From Octopus vulgaris (taxonomy: Eukaryota): a stretch of DNA of 64,000 nucleotides. This document shows positions 1 through 14,849 of the stretch, piece after piece. Location of the stretch: positions 32,984,001-33,048,000 of the forward strand of contig OX597838.1 in the NCBI GenBank assembly GCA_951406725.2, given 5' to 3'. Each line of letters starts with the position of its first letter. The first letter of the stretch is position 1. The notes beneath the pieces are model-generated. The model did not search any database. It was given only the letters and a program-made list of their open reading frames with translations, and was not told the DNA's origin. Made by a program: the position numbers and the translations under genes.

Positions 1-277
1 TCAGCGGAATTTGAACTCAGAACGTAGCGGCAGACGAAATACTTATTTCTTTATTACCCACAAGGGGCTAAACACAGAGAGAAAAGAACAAGAACAGACA
101 AAGGGATTAAGTCGATTATATCGACCCCAGTGCGTAACTGGTACTTATTTAATCGACCCCGAAAGGATAAAAGGCAAAGTCGACCTCGGCGGAATTTGAA
201 CTCATAACGTAGCGGCAGACGAAATACTGCTAAGCATTTCGCCCGGCGTGCTAACGATTCTGCCAGCTCGCCGCCTT
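1..277 (-). mobile_element. tRNA-headed SINE family A (GGCGGCGAGCTGGCAGAATCG head), tandem copy truncated by window edge
   Basis: Reverse complement of the family also seen at 26127, 38500 and 58339; B-box-like GAGTTCAAATTCC and conserved GCCTTTCATCCTTTCGGGGTCGAT core. Confidence 0.85.
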
Positions 278-916
278 AGATGCCGCTCGCCCAAGATGCC
301 GCTCGCCCAAGATGCCGCGTGGCGGGACCGAACCCAATACCATACGGCTGGGGAGCAAGCTTCTTAGCCACATAGCCACGCCTGCTAGCAATATGGAACA
401 GAAGCTCAGGGTGGAGAATTAGCGATAGCAGGCAGGCAGGCAGGCAAGCAGGCAGGCAGGCACTGGTTTGGGAGTGAACTAGTTATTGGGGACACTGTTA
501 TAACAGATTACAGATGCCTGACGAAATTTTAGCGTCAGCTTCCAAGAATTGAGGATAATCTGAATAATTCCTCGCGTCAGAAGAGAGGGGGAAAAAAAAA
601 CCCTCTTAAATTTGTGCTCTCTGTGTCAAGATGCTTCAGTTTCTGTTAGTACCACTAACTACCACTGCCACAGTTACTGCTACTGCTGCTGGTGGTGGTG
701 GTGGTGGTGGTGGTGGTGGTGTTCCTACCATCTTTTGTTTTCTTACAAGACACATTCTTACAATCCAAAATAGGTCATTTGCGCAATTCTTCCCTTATGC
801 AGCTTAAAGAGCGTAAAAACAACAAACAATACAAAATATTAAAAAAAAAAAAAGGAGCAACTTTACAGAACAGAAGTTGTAGGAGGAACATGTGTGTTTC
901 GTTATTAGTATAATTG

Positions 917-947
<31 letters not shown>

Positions 948-989
948 GGGCGGGGCGCGGTGGTGTCATCATCTTCCTCTGAAGTTGTA

Positions 990-1286
990 TTTGTTTATGA
1001 CATTCCTTTCCAGAATCTTTTCTTTCTTTCTTTCTTTCCTTCTCTCTTCTTTCCTCCTCCTCTCCCCTCCCCCTCCACCATTCATTTCATATTTTTCTTC
1101 TTGCTTCTTTCTTTCTTTCTTTTTTTTCTTTCTTTCTTCCTTACATTCTTTCTTTCTTTCCTTCTTTCTTTTTTCTTTCATTTTTCTCTTTCTCTACTTT
1201 TCTCTTTCATCTTTCTTTCCTTCCTTCCTTCCTTCTTTCTTTTTCTTTTTTTCTTTCTTTCTTTTTTCATTCTCTGCTTCTCTCTT

Positions 1287-1325
<39 letters not shown>

Positions 1326-1430
1326 CTCTTTCTTTCTCACTTTCTTTCTTTCTTTCTTTCTCCCCCATACTTTTCATCTTTCTTTCCTTCCTTCATTCTT
1401 TCTTTCTCTCTCTCTCTCTCCCTCTCTTTC
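990..1430. repeat. Pyrimidine-rich low-complexity tract (CTTT/CT)n
   Basis: Direct reading. Confidence 0.9.
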
Positions 1431-1656
1431 TGCTTATGGTAAATAATGATGCCAGTGGTGATGATAGCGATGGCGATCTTCATGATGTAGGAGGATGAAG
1501 ACATTGATGATGATGATGATGATAGCAATTATGATGATGGTGGTTTTGGTGGCACGGCAGCAAGATACGAGAGTAACATTAACTCTTGCGTGCACGCACA
1601 CACGCGTACACATCAACACACATACATATATGCAGACACACATGTACATACATACA

Positions 1657-1743
<87 letters not shown>

Positions 1744-1973
1744 ATATATATGTATGTATATATATATGTATATATATACACACATGTATATACGTATATA
1801 CAACGGGCTTCTTTTCAGTTTCCGTCAACCAAATCCAGTCACAAGGCTTTGGTCGGTCCGAGGTTATAGTAGAAGACACTTGCCCAAGGTGCCGCGCAGT
1901 GGGATTGAAACCAGAGAACACACAAGCTACCTACAACAGCCATTCCTATACATACATACATACATACATACAT

Positions 1974-2022
<49 letters not shown>

Positions 2023-2094
2023 TATGTATGTATATACACACACATACATATATATATGTATGCATGTGTATGTATATATGTATGTATGTTTACG

Positions 2095-2492
2095 AGCCAC
2101 ATTGTTCCGGGTTCAGTGCCACTGCGTGGCACCTTGGGCAAGTGTCTTCTACTATAGCCTCGGGCCGACCAAAGCCTTCTGAGTGGATTTGGTAGACGGA
2201 AACTGAAAGAAGCCCGTCGTATATGTGTATATATATATATATATATGTCTGTGTGTGCATATGTTTGTGTGTCTGTGTTTGTCCCCCCCTCCTCACAAAC
2301 ATCGCTTGACAATCGATGCTGGTGAGTTTGCGTCCCCGTAACTTAGCGGTTCGGCAATGGAGACCGATAGAATAAGTACTAGGCTTACAAAGAATAAACC
2401 CTGGGGGGGGGGGGGGTCGATTTTCTCGATCGACTAAAGGCGGTGCTCCAGCATGGCCGCAGTCAAATGACTGAAACGAGTAAAAGAGTAAA
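2095..2492 (+). mobile_element. SINE family B (GGCGCAGGAGTGGCTGTGTGGTAAG head family) with internal microsatellite
   Basis: GGTTCAGT.CCACTGCGTGGCACCTTGGGCAAG ... GAAAGAAGCCCGTCG-(TA/TG)n ... GACTGAAAC.AGTAAAAGAG, matching copies at 33006 and 58884; an opposite-strand partial copy lies at about 1800-1950. Confidence 0.85.
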
Positions 2493-2571
2493 AGTGTGTG
2501 TGTGTGTCCTTGTGATTTTTGTTCTTTTCGAGGTTGTTTTTGTTTTTACTTGCCTACAAAAAACACACATG

Positions 2572-2639
<68 letters not shown>

Positions 2640-2901
2640 AAAGAATAAAAGAATAACGGAATAACAGAACACATACAAAAAGAAAACACACACACACAAA
2701 CACACATGATATAATACATAAGTCTTCCTCCGCGTATATTTATCTTACATTATCTTCTACAGTCATTAGTAAAAATAAAAAATCACGGTGGCGGTGCCGG
2801 TGGGGGTGCTTGGGAACGAGGCTGGGTGAATGGTGGGGCTAAGGTTATTAAGGGTAAGCGAACATCTTCCATAAAAGTGTCTTAATGCATTCATGGCCCA
2901 C

Positions 2902-2945
<44 letters not shown>

Positions 2946-3033
2946 GTATATATATATCTTGATTGTATATTTGTATGTATAAAAATAGAGATAACTGTTG
3001 GAATTACTCATTCTCCACATATGGGTGCTCGTG

Positions 3034-3085
<52 letters not shown>

Positions 3086-3148
3086 CATATATATATATAT
3101 AAATATATATGTATATATATATATATGTGTGTATGTGTGTATATATAT

Positions 3149-3253
<105 letters not shown>

Positions 3254-3389
3254 ATATGTATATATGTATATTTTTGCTGACTGTTAGCATCCATATCCCA
3301 TAGATGTTTCTGCTCAAAGTGACACACAGACAGAAATAGTCACGCCATTTATTCATTGATTTTGTTTTCTTTACTGTTTTTTTTTAATG

Positions 3390-3422
<33 letters not shown>

Positions 3423-3430
3423 TGTGTTGG

Positions 3431-3469
<39 letters not shown>

Positions 3470-3594
3470 CTTTATAGTGTTTTTTTTTTAATGTGGCATG
3501 GATTTAAGTTTATTTTCGTATTTTGTAATTTTTACAATATAAATATGTACAAAATTATAATTACGCAACATATACACACACATATATTTTCTAA

Positions 3595-3946
3595 CGTGGC
3601 TGTGTGGTAAGTAGCTTGCTTACCAACCACACGGTTCTGGGTTCAGTCCCACTGTGTGGCACCTTGAGCAAGTGTCTTCTACTAAAGCCTCGGGCCGACC
3701 AAAGCCTTGTGAGTGGATTTGGTAGACGGAAAACTGAAAGACCTTTGTCGTGTGATGTGTGCCCCACCCCCCACCACCATCAATCGTCACAAACCGATGT
3801 TGGTGTGTTTACGTCCCCAGGACATAGCGGCTCAGCAAACGACACCGATACAATAAGTACTAGTCATACAAAGAATAAGTCCTGGGGTCGATTTGTTCAA
3901 TGAAGGGCAGTGCTTCAGCATGGCCGCAATCAAGTGACTGAAACAA

Positions 3947-3948
<2 letters not shown>
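3595..3948 (+). mobile_element. SINE family B
   Basis: Same head, body and tail as other family B copies. Confidence 0.85.
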
Positions 3949-4001
<53 letters not shown>

Positions 4002-4006
4002 GTATA

Positions 4007-4098
<92 letters not shown>

Positions 4099-4324
4099 AG
4101 TGTGTGTGTATGTATATATATGTATATATGGTATATTTATTCATATATATACACCATATGTCTATCTGTGTATGTTTGTATGTCTGTGTGTGTGTGTGTG
4201 TGTAGTGTGTGTGTACGAGTAGACATACGCTCATACAAATATAATGTATAATGTATATGCATATATATATATATCTATGAATATATTTGTATATACACAC
4301 GCACACGCACATATATACAGACAA

Positions 4325-4365
<41 letters not shown>

Positions 4366-4515
4366 GTTTGTTTTGCTTTTTCACTATGAATGAACAGAGT
4401 GAACACATCTGTGAAAAATATTGCCAAAAAGAGTGGGTTGTATACATGTAAACACACACACACCTATATACACATAAGCACAAATATAAAAGCAGCTATA
4501 TGTGTGCCTATATAT

Positions 4516-4704
<189 letters not shown>

Positions 4705-4798
4705 ACATATATATATATATACATATATATATATGTATACATACAAATATATATATATATACATATATACATATATACATATATATATATACATACAA

Positions 4799-4860
<62 letters not shown>

Positions 4861-4910
4861 CACATAAGCACAAATACAAAATTAGACATATGTATGTGTG
4901 TTTCTCTCTC

Positions 4911-4978
<68 letters not shown>

Positions 4979-4991
4979 CATATGTTAATGA

Positions 4992-5022
<31 letters not shown>

Positions 5023-5172
5023 CAATTGTAACATGGAAATTTGTGATAAACTTTTATAAACATACAATAACTTTGTCATACGTCCACTATAAGATATGGA
5101 AAACCTCCATCGCACACCTATCCTGATGGTACCACCTAATATTTAGATAAAAACACACACATTCATATATAT

Positions 5173-5221
<49 letters not shown>

Positions 5222-5274
5222 CATATATATATATATTATATATATATATGTATGTATGTATATATGTATGTATA

Positions 5275-5315
<41 letters not shown>

Positions 5316-5462
5316 ATATATATATATGTATATATATATATTTGGAGGAAAAAAGTCAAGATAGAAAATGGTAAAATAATTTTATAAAAAACATTTCATT
5401 AATGGCGGTGCCCCAGCATGGCCACAGCTCATTAGCTGAAACTGGAAAAATCAAAATCAAAA

Positions 5463-5504
5463 TCATTACCGGTTTCAGTCATGAGACTTTTTCAACTGTA
5501 AATA
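5463..5504 (-). ncRNA. Minimal type I hammerhead-like motif, U3-A8 core variant
   Basis: Minus strand: TTGAAAA-AGTC(TCAT)GACT-GAAA-CCGG-TA; stem I 3' strand is interrupted by a SINE-tail insertion at about 5401-5462. Confidence 0.6.
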
Positions 5505-5589
5505 TGGAAAACAATTAAATTTCGGAAAAATTAAAAGAAAATTATTTTTAAAAGAATATTTACATAATGTTCAAATACAAGTGGCATTT

Positions 5590-5912
<323 letters not shown>

Positions 5913-6298
5913 TATTTACGCAAGTACGCACATAAAGAAAAAACGAGATGGTAAAAATAAAAAGGTAGCACTCGAATACCGATGGTAGCGTGATGTGCTC
6001 TTTATTAAAGTCGAAAAGAAATCTTCACAAACTGTTGCTCAGCGTTTCCTGTTATCGCTCTCTGGACGGTTGTGATCAGACTAAAAATGTTTAATATGAT
6101 CACAAGTGTCCGAAGAACGGTAACGTAAAACTTTGAGTCACAGTTTCTGATGTCTATTTCCAGTTTTAATAAAAAAACAAAATACAAAACAATACACACA
6201 TACATACAGCCGCAGGACTGGCTGTATGGTAAGTTGCTTGAGTGTGTGTGTGTGTGTGTGTGTGTGCGTGTATGACCATCCCGAAATACAACAATATA

Positions 6299-6346
<48 letters not shown>

Positions 6347-6442
6347 TAATCCAAACAAGAAAGCACAAAAAAACACAACAACGCGAGGACGTGGAAGAAA
6401 TATAGTATTATTGGACGCTCAGGAAAGAAGGGAAGAAGGAGG

Positions 6443-6477
6443 GTTTAACGTTTCGAGCGGAGCTCTTCGTCGGAAAC
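6443..6477 (-). ncRNA. Minimal hammerhead-like motif, U4C variant (family P2; remnant about 6340-6540)
   Basis: GTTT-CCGACGA-A-GAGC(TCC)GCTC-GAAA-CG-TT-AAAC; stems I and II pair perfectly; palindromic AACGTT at stem III. Confidence 0.7.
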
Positions 6478-6771
6478 ATAGGAGAAGGAAAGATCCAGAG
6501 AAGGGAAGACAGAGGAAAAAAATCGCCAACGGTACACATGCATATGTACATGCATATATGTACAAACTCACATCTATACCTATATACATATATTTGTGCA
6601 TATGTGGACACAAGGTGTCATGAAACGTGTACAACAAAAAAGAACGAAGCACGAATATATGGAACATGAAGTATTGTTTCGAATAACGAAAGACACAAAT
6701 GGAAAAAAGACAAACAACGCGCAGCTGTGAGAGGAAATCATTGAATCACCCTCCATGAGTTATCAGAGTAT

Positions 6772-6845
6772 GTGCAGATTAGTTACGGTTCAGTTCAGTT
6801 CATTATCACTGAAGATTTGAGTGTGAGATGCGTGTCTGCTAAGTT
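6772..6845 (+). pseudogene. mariner transposase fragment (second HTH region)
   Basis: QISYGSVQFIITEDLSVRCVSAKL resembles the mariner ISxGSVxxILxxDLGMRRVSAKFVP segment. Confidence 0.65.
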
Positions 6846-7105
6846 GTGCGTAGGCCCCGCCTTTGAACAGGTATCACCAAGCTTTTCGCAAAATTTGATG
6901 CAGATTCTCTGCTCAACTTTCTCTGTCATGGTCAATGCGACGATCGCACGCTACACACCTTCCTTCCAAGTAGTGCTGTAGACAGCAGAAGTGAGCTAGA
7001 ACGTTAAAACTTAGTGCACATACACAGCAAAGTTCAAGCCCAGGCTGTGCCAAGCGGCTTTACTCTGCATACTTTAGCTTCGTTACAATGGCAACAGTCT
7101 GGATA
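6846..7105 (-). pseudogene. mariner transposase N-terminus and upstream region
   Basis: Minus-strand translation MTEKVEQRICIKFCEKLGDTCS matches the mariner N-terminal EQRxxIKFCxKLG motif. Confidence 0.7.
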
Positions 7106-7181
7106 TACATACATACCCGTATGTATGTATATATATATATATATTAGACATTCTGTGTACAAATAGATGTACGATTGCTAT

Positions 7182-7890
7182 AGGCGCAGGAGTGGCTGTG
7201 TGGTAAGTAGCTTGCTTACAAGTCACATGGTTCCGGGTTCAGTTCCACTGCGTGGCACCTTGGGAAAGTGTCTTCTACTATAGCCTTTGGCCGACCAAAA
7301 CTTTGTGAGAAGATTAGTAGACGGAAACTGAAAGAAGCCCGTCGTATATATATGTATGCGTTGCTAACATACCTTATTTCTTTACTACCCACAAGGGGCT
7401 ACGCACAGAGGGGACAAACAAGGACAGACAAACGGATCAAGTCGATTATATCGACCCCAGTGCGTAACTGGTACTTATTTAATCGACCCCGAAAGGATGA
7501 AAGGCTAAGTCGGCCTCGGCGGAATTTGAACTCAGAACGTAACGGCAGACGAAATACGGCTACGCATTTCGCCCGGCGTGCTTAAGGTTTCTGCCAGCCA
7601 CACCGCTTTCACGTAAACGGAAATATGGAAATACGTGTATATTTTCCAAAATATTCCTTCATCTTTTCTCCTCTTGGTACAAGGCCCGAAATTTTGGGGG
7701 GAGGGGGCCAGTCGATTAAATCGACCTCAGTACGTAACTGTTACTTAATTTATCGACCCCGAAAGGCTGAAAAGTAAAGTCGAACTCGGCAGAAGTTGAA
7801 CTCAGAACATAAAGACAAAAGACATAATGAACTCAGAACATAAAGAAATGTTGCTAAGCATTTCGCCAGGTGGCGTTACTAACAACTCCG
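7182..7890. mobile_element. SINE cluster: family B head (+) then two family A copies (-)
   Basis: Similarity to other copies in the window. Confidence 0.8.
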
Positions 7891-7996
7891 CTTTCACGTA
7901 AACTGAAATATGATAATACGTCTATGATATATTTTCCAAAATATTCCTTGTGACATCTATACAATTTTGAAATGGTTGTACATCTTACATTTAGTA

Positions 7997-8303
7997 CTAG
8001 CAGTATCGCCCGGCGTTGCTCGGGTTTGTAAGGGAAATAACTATATAAGCATTTTTAGAGAGTTACTTCCCTTATATAACCCGAGCAAAAATCATTAAAA
8101 ATGCGGAAAAATGATGGTAAATTTTTTTTTTAATCGTAGACTCCTTGTAGACGCGCACCAATACCCAGAAGGACTCGATATGAATGACGACTATAAGATA
8201 CCCGCTTTTGGTTAAACTGCACTGCAAAATGTGGGAGTAGTTAGGAATCTAAATCGGAGGAGACAGAGTCTCACACACACAACATCAATTTTATATATAA
8301 AGA
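7997..8303 (-). mobile_element. Non-autonomous Helitron
   Basis: Minus strand starts TC(TTTATATATAAAA) and ends with hairpin CCCGAGCAACGCCGGG then CTAG, inserted between A and T; same 3' end at 36701 and 49901. Confidence 0.8.
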
Positions 8304-8597
8304 TTAGTTGAACAACATTATCATAGGATTGCTATTTTGTCTGAACCTACAGTAACTGCTTTGTTGCAATTCGTTTGACATCGTTTTGCTGTGTGCTTCG
8401 ATACCATTTAGCCATAAAAAACAACACAATTTCATAAATGTCGACAAAAGTCATTATGTAACTAAACATAGCCTCTCTCGCTTATTAATCATTAACAGAT
8501 TAAGTTTAAAATTCCAACTGAGGTGGGAGCAGTTTTGTATTCAATTCCATATTTCCCTCGTGATTTGATCGCTTTTCTTCTGTGCCCCAGTGTGTGC

Positions 8598-8689
<92 letters not shown>

Positions 8690-8726
8690 AACAAACACAC
8701 AAACACACATACACACACACACACAC

Positions 8727-8788
<62 letters not shown>

Positions 8789-8909
8789 ACAAACGCACAC
8801 ACACACACACACACACAACACACACACAAACACACACACACGTATATGTATATATGCGTGTGTGTGTGTATGTGTGGCGTGTGTGCACATATATGTACGT
8901 AATATATAC

Positions 8910-9225
8910 ACGCGTGGCTTAGTGGTTAGGGGCATTCGGCTCACGATTGCATGGTTGTGAGTTCGATTCCCAGCGACGCGTTGTGTCCTTGAGCAAGGCA
9001 CTTTATTTTTCACGCTGCTCCTGTCCACTCAGTTGGCAAAAATGAGTAGTACCTGTATGTCAAAGGGCCAGCCTTGTCACACTCTGTGTCACGCTGAATC
9101 TCCCTGAGAACTACATTAAGGGTACACGTGTCTGTGGTATGCTCAGCCACTTGCACATTAATTTCACGAGCAGGCTGTTCCGTTGATCGTTTCAGCTGGG
9201 ATCGTCGTTATCGTAACCGACGGAG
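8910..9225 (+). mobile_element. tRNA-headed SINE, family D-related
   Basis: A-box TGGCTTAGTGG, B-box GTTCGATTCC, then CCTTGAGCAAGGCACTT core. Confidence 0.75.
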
Positions 9226-9286
9226 TGCTCTCTCTCTCTCTGTGTCTCTGTCTCTCTCTCTCTCTCTATCTATATATATATATATT

Positions 9287-9317
<31 letters not shown>

Positions 9318-9332
9318 GAATGCATATATATG

Positions 9333-9391
<59 letters not shown>

Positions 9392-9424
9392 GTCTGTCTG
9401 TCTGTTAATATATGTATGCATGTC

Positions 9425-9486
<62 letters not shown>

Positions 9487-9489
9487 ATG

Positions 9490-9782
9490 TTGTTTCGATC
9501 CACGCCTGGCTCATAGGGCCGGTTTCCCGGTTTCCTTAGCGTACAGGTTCTCCACCTGGACGGGACGCCAGGCCGTCGCAGGTGAGCTGCAAGATGCAGG
9601 AGGAAAGAGTGAGAGAAAGTTGTGGCGAAAGAATCAGCAGAAATTCGCCATTGCCTTCTGCCGGAACCGCGTGGAGCTTAGGTGTTTCGCTCATAAACAC
9701 ACACAACGCCCGGTCTGAGATTCGAACCCGCGATCCCTCGACTGTAAGTCCGCTGCTCTAACCACTAGGCCATGTGGCTCCC
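9490..9782 (-). mobile_element. tRNA-headed SINE family C
   Basis: Closely similar to 59840-60121; A/B boxes on the minus strand. Confidence 0.8.
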
Positions 9783-10019
9783 ACATGTACAATGTAAACA
9801 ATGGCAAGTGAAATCACGAGGGAAATATTAAAGGAGACTTAATAATTAATATTAACACTAATGACCTTTTGTAAGATTGCCGATTAGTATGAATTCTGTT
9901 TCCTAATTATTAACAAGACTAATTAATACATGTCATTCCCGGAGGGATGTCAGTGATTTTTATCTCTCAGAATCGTCATCCCAGGAGTGTGATTTGCGAT
10001 TTACTCTTAGCGACCAGTG

Positions 10020-10240
10020 TGAAGACGCATGGCTCAGTGGTTAGAGCGTAGAGCTTACGATCGTGATGTTGTGAGTTCGAATCCCGGACCGGGCTGTGTG
10101 TTGTGTTCTTGAGCAAGACACTTTATTTCACGTTGATCCAGTTCACTCAGCTGTAGAAATGAGTTGCGACGTCACTGGTGCCAAACTGTTTCGGCCCCTT
10201 TGCCTTTCACTTGGATAACATCAGTGGTGCGGAGAGTGGG
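10020..10240 (+). mobile_element. SINE family D
   Basis: TGGCTCAGTGGTTAGAGC ... GAGTTCGAATCCC ... TTGAGCAAGACACTTTATTTCACG; matches 41572-41910. Confidence 0.8.
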
Positions 10241-10549
10241 GGGGGGGGGCTGTTCTAATAATGCCCAGTATTTGATCGCATTCTGGAATCCATATTTTGA
10301 ATATATATAATATTTCGGAAAAATGTGATAATGCCTTTTGAAATCATTTTATTGTGACTATTTCGTTTCCAATGCAAATTATTGTATTTTGAAATTATTC
10401 AAGAGTCACAGTACACTTTGGAATAAACTCACTGAAATATAAAAGGAAAAACGCATCATCGTCGTGGTCGTTGTCATCATCATCATAATCTTCTTCTTCT
10501 TGCATATCTTTTGACTTGAGTGGCATATCTTAAACATTGATATATATAT

Positions 10550-10755
10550 ATACTCTTACTCTTTACTCTTTTACTTGTTTCAGTCATTTGACTGCTGGAG
10601 CAACGCCTTTAGTCGAGCAAATCGACCCCGGGACTTATTCTTTGTAAACCTAGTACTTATTCTATCGGTCTCTTTTGCCGAACCGCTAAGTTACGGGGAC
10701 ATAAACACACCAGCATCGGTTGTTAAGCAATGCTAGGGGGACAAACACAGACATA

Positions 10756-10833
<78 letters not shown>

Positions 10834-11007
10834 CATACATATATACGACGGGCTTCTTTCAGTTTCCGTCTACCAAATCCAGTCACAAGGCTTTGGTCGA
10901 CCCGAGGCTATAGTAGAAGAAACTTGCCCAAGATGCCACGCAGTGGGACTGAACCCGGAACTATGTGGTTGGTAAGCAAGCTATTCATCACACAGCCACT
11001 CCTGCGC

Positions 11008-11010
<3 letters not shown>
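10550..11010 (-). mobile_element. SINE family B, full length with internal (CA)n
   Basis: Reverse complement of family B. Confidence 0.85.
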
Positions 11011-11054
<44 letters not shown>

Positions 11055-11189
11055 TGTATGTATGTATCTTGATATATATATATGTATGTATATATATCTA
11101 TGTATATACATGTATCTATGTGTATATATGTATGTATATATACACACACACCAACATATGCCTATACATATTCTTTAACATAGGAGGAT

Positions 11190-11375
11190 GTAGTAAGAGT
11201 ATCCCTTCCTCATTGGAGGACAAAGCGGAAATCCTTCTAATGGTGCTGTTATGGGATTATCATAAGCTGTGGGGTTGGAAGTGCGTGATCTCACGTTGGT
11301 ATCAGATTTTCATTGGGTTTTCCAAAGGGTTCAATGCTAGTTATTGGCTGGATTTAGTGTAAAATCAAGGAAGTT
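11190..11375 (-). pseudogene. Decayed PLE reverse transcriptase C-terminal fragment
   Basis: Frameshifted minus-strand peptides [18 protein letters not shown] and [12 protein letters not shown] resemble the FLD..LNL...PFRKPN...RIS.LSSNE segment of PLE RTs. Confidence 0.6.
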
Positions 11376-11514
11376 AGCTTATATATATATATATGTCTAT
11401 AGGAGTGACCGAGTTGGAGGTTGTGTGGGAAGATGAAAGAGAGTAAGATACGATGGACAGGCAGATGGATAGATAGATGGCTAGGTAGATAGATGGCTAG
11501 GTAGATAGATGGCT

Positions 11515-11583
<69 letters not shown>

Positions 11584-11588
11584 CAGAC

Positions 11589-11639
<51 letters not shown>

Positions 11640-11771
11640 GAGACAGATAGATAGATGAATAGATAGATAAATAGATGGATAGACAGACAGATAGATGAAT
11701 AGATAGATAGACCGGTAGATAGATAGATAGGGAGACAGACAGTCAGATAGAGAGATTGATTGATAGATAAT

Positions 11772-11828
<57 letters not shown>

Positions 11829-11969
11829 TGATAGATAGATAGATAGATACAGAGGCATGCGTGTGCGTTTATATGGAAGGAAATTTGTGAGAAGGCGTAA
11901 ATGCTATAAAGGTAGAAGTGAAGCGTGGAGAAGAGAAACAGCTGCGTGGTATGTGCGTGTGTGCGTGTG

Positions 11970-12058
<89 letters not shown>

Positions 12059-12243
12059 ACTTGAAGTAAGAATTATGGGATAACTGAACGAGTTAACATC
12101 TTCAGTAACTCGTGACGGCGAAGGAAAATGTTTTCGGTTGCATAACTAATGGTTGAATGAATATGGGAGTGATGAATAATGAGTGAGTGAGTGGAACGAA
12201 AGGGTGAGTCAGTGAATGAGCGAAAGAGTGGGTGAGAGTGAGA

Positions 12244-12281
<38 letters not shown>

Positions 12282-12429
12282 AGAGTGAGTGAGTGAGAGA
12301 TTGAGGAATTGAAACAGAGGGTAGAAGGGGCGAAAGGAAGAGGAGAAAAGCGTGGAAAAGAAATTTCTATCGTCCCACTTTTTTTTTTAACGTGGGACGC
12401 ATAGCTGTATGTATGCGTACGTGTGTGTA

Positions 12430-12506
<77 letters not shown>

Positions 12507-12670
12507 GTAAAAAGTGAGTAAGAATTGAAAAAGTTGAGAGATAGAGGATAGATAGATAAATAGGTAGATAGATAGATAAATAGATAGGTAGATAAATAGA
12601 TAGATAGATAGATAGATAAGACAGATAGATAGATAGATAGATAGATAAATATATATATATATATATATAT

Positions 12671-12743
<73 letters not shown>

Positions 12744-12756
12744 TAGATAGATAGAT

Positions 12757-12829
<73 letters not shown>

Positions 12830-12897
12830 CAGACAGACAGACAGAATGATAGAAGAATGGTAGAGAGACAACCAAGGAGATAATGGCGTATATATGC

Positions 12898-12985
<88 letters not shown>

Positions 12986-13060
12986 TGTGTGTGTGTATGA
13001 GAGAGAGAGAGAGAGGGAAAGAGGGAGAAAGAAAGAGAGAGAGAGAGAAAGGGAAAGAGG

Positions 13061-13127
<67 letters not shown>

Positions 13128-13293
13128 GCTAAGAAGTTGGCTGTGACACAGGATGTGAACATAATTTTCAGGACACATTAATATTCGGACAGACGACAAG
13201 TAAATGACACAATGTCGTCCAATTATTTCCAATTAGCAGACGATGAAATAAGGGTTACTGGCTCGACCTTTACATCTTGTACGTTAATGTGTG

Positions 13294-13328
<35 letters not shown>

Positions 13329-13434
13329 TGCATACATACATGCATATGTATATATACACACATAGACACATATATACATACATATACATAAACACACAAA
13401 CAGATATATTCGTGCGTGTATGTGTGTATGTGTG

Positions 13435-13506
<72 letters not shown>

Positions 13507-13720
13507 CGTACGTCTATATATACGTACATACATACATATATATATGTACACACATATATATACACACATATATATATATATACATACATTTACATATACA
13601 TATATTTACATATACATACATACATGCATATACATACATACATACATACATATACGTACATACATACATATACATACATACATATACATACATATACATA
13701 CATTTATATATATATATATA

Positions 13721-13760
<40 letters not shown>

Positions 13761-13782
13761 CGTACATACATACATACATACA

Positions 13783-13816
<34 letters not shown>

Positions 13817-14709
13817 CAGACACACGTACACAGATAAACATATATATGCTTACAAACATATATATACACACACATATACATACATTTACGTATACATATA
13901 TTTACATATACATATACATACATACATGCACACGCGCACACACACATATCCATGCAAACATGCGTGTGTGAATAAAAAAAGAAAGAAATGAACAACCACT
14001 GCACAATATATAGATGGTAGATTTATTTATTTAATCATTTATTTATTGGAATCTCTAAACTTCACAAGTCACTACCCCGAGTAGCACGGTTCCGATCTCC
14101 GGACGATAGTGATGAACAGACACACACACATACATATATATGTTTATATTCATACGTGCGTGCGTGCGTGCGTGCCTGCCTGCCTACCTACATACCTACA
14201 TACGTACATACATACATACATACATACATACATACACGCACGCACACATACATATAGAACAAGAAGCTTTCGTAAATGAATGTAATGTAATAGATATGTA
14301 CTATGAGTGCTCAGTTTGGTTTACCACAAAAACTCCAGCTTGAACTACAACTGAAAAGTATGGTGTTGAGACTGCCTGTCAAAAGTGGCTAGAAGTGGCT
14401 TCTCCTTGAGCGGGTTGATATATATTGAATTTTTTAAAAATGAACAAGCAGAACATTTGGCATCACTCGAAAAACATTTAATGTAAATAAAGAATATAAA
14501 CATAGTGCAGAGCAGTTGGGTAATGTCTTTTACAGCTGTTTCTAGAATAGCCAAGCATGTGAAACATGATATTGAGTCAAAGCTCCACATAAGCTAAGTG
14601 TTTCATCATCGGAGAGAAAGAAGTAAGAATATATATATATATAATGTAACCACATGGGAATCGTTGTCAATTTTTTTCCTCCGTCTTCCCTTCTGTTGGA
14701 CTTTCCTCT

Positions 14710-14745
14710 GTTTCCGAAGAAGAGCATCTGCTCGAAACGTTAAAA
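14710..14745 (+). ncRNA. Minimal hammerhead-like motif, U4C variant (family P2; remnant about 14640-14840)
   Basis: GTTT-CCGAAGA-A-GAGC(ATCT)GCTC-GAAA-CG-TT-AAA. Confidence 0.7.
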
Positions 14746-14849
14746 AATCTTTCTTTCCTTCCTTGAGCGTCTGGTCTGCTAATGCATTACATGTATTACG
14801 TCCTCGCGTTGTTGTGTTTGTTCTTTTTGGGATTTACTATATTCTCTCT

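Noticed and set aside
7590-7950. About 70-bp direct repeat (CCGCTTTCACGTAAAC...CCAAAATATTCCTT) around a SINE
   Set aside because: Best explained as an ordinary local tandem duplication of SINE plus flank, not LTRs
10020-10095. tRNA-like sequences with A and B boxes (also 8910, 41572, 48159 and others)
   Set aside because: They continue into shared SINE bodies and lack a clean cloverleaf; SINE heads, not tRNA genes
14345-14600. Complex-looking segment considered as a host exon or hAT transposase relic
   Set aside because: No recognisable motif or convincing splice sites by eye
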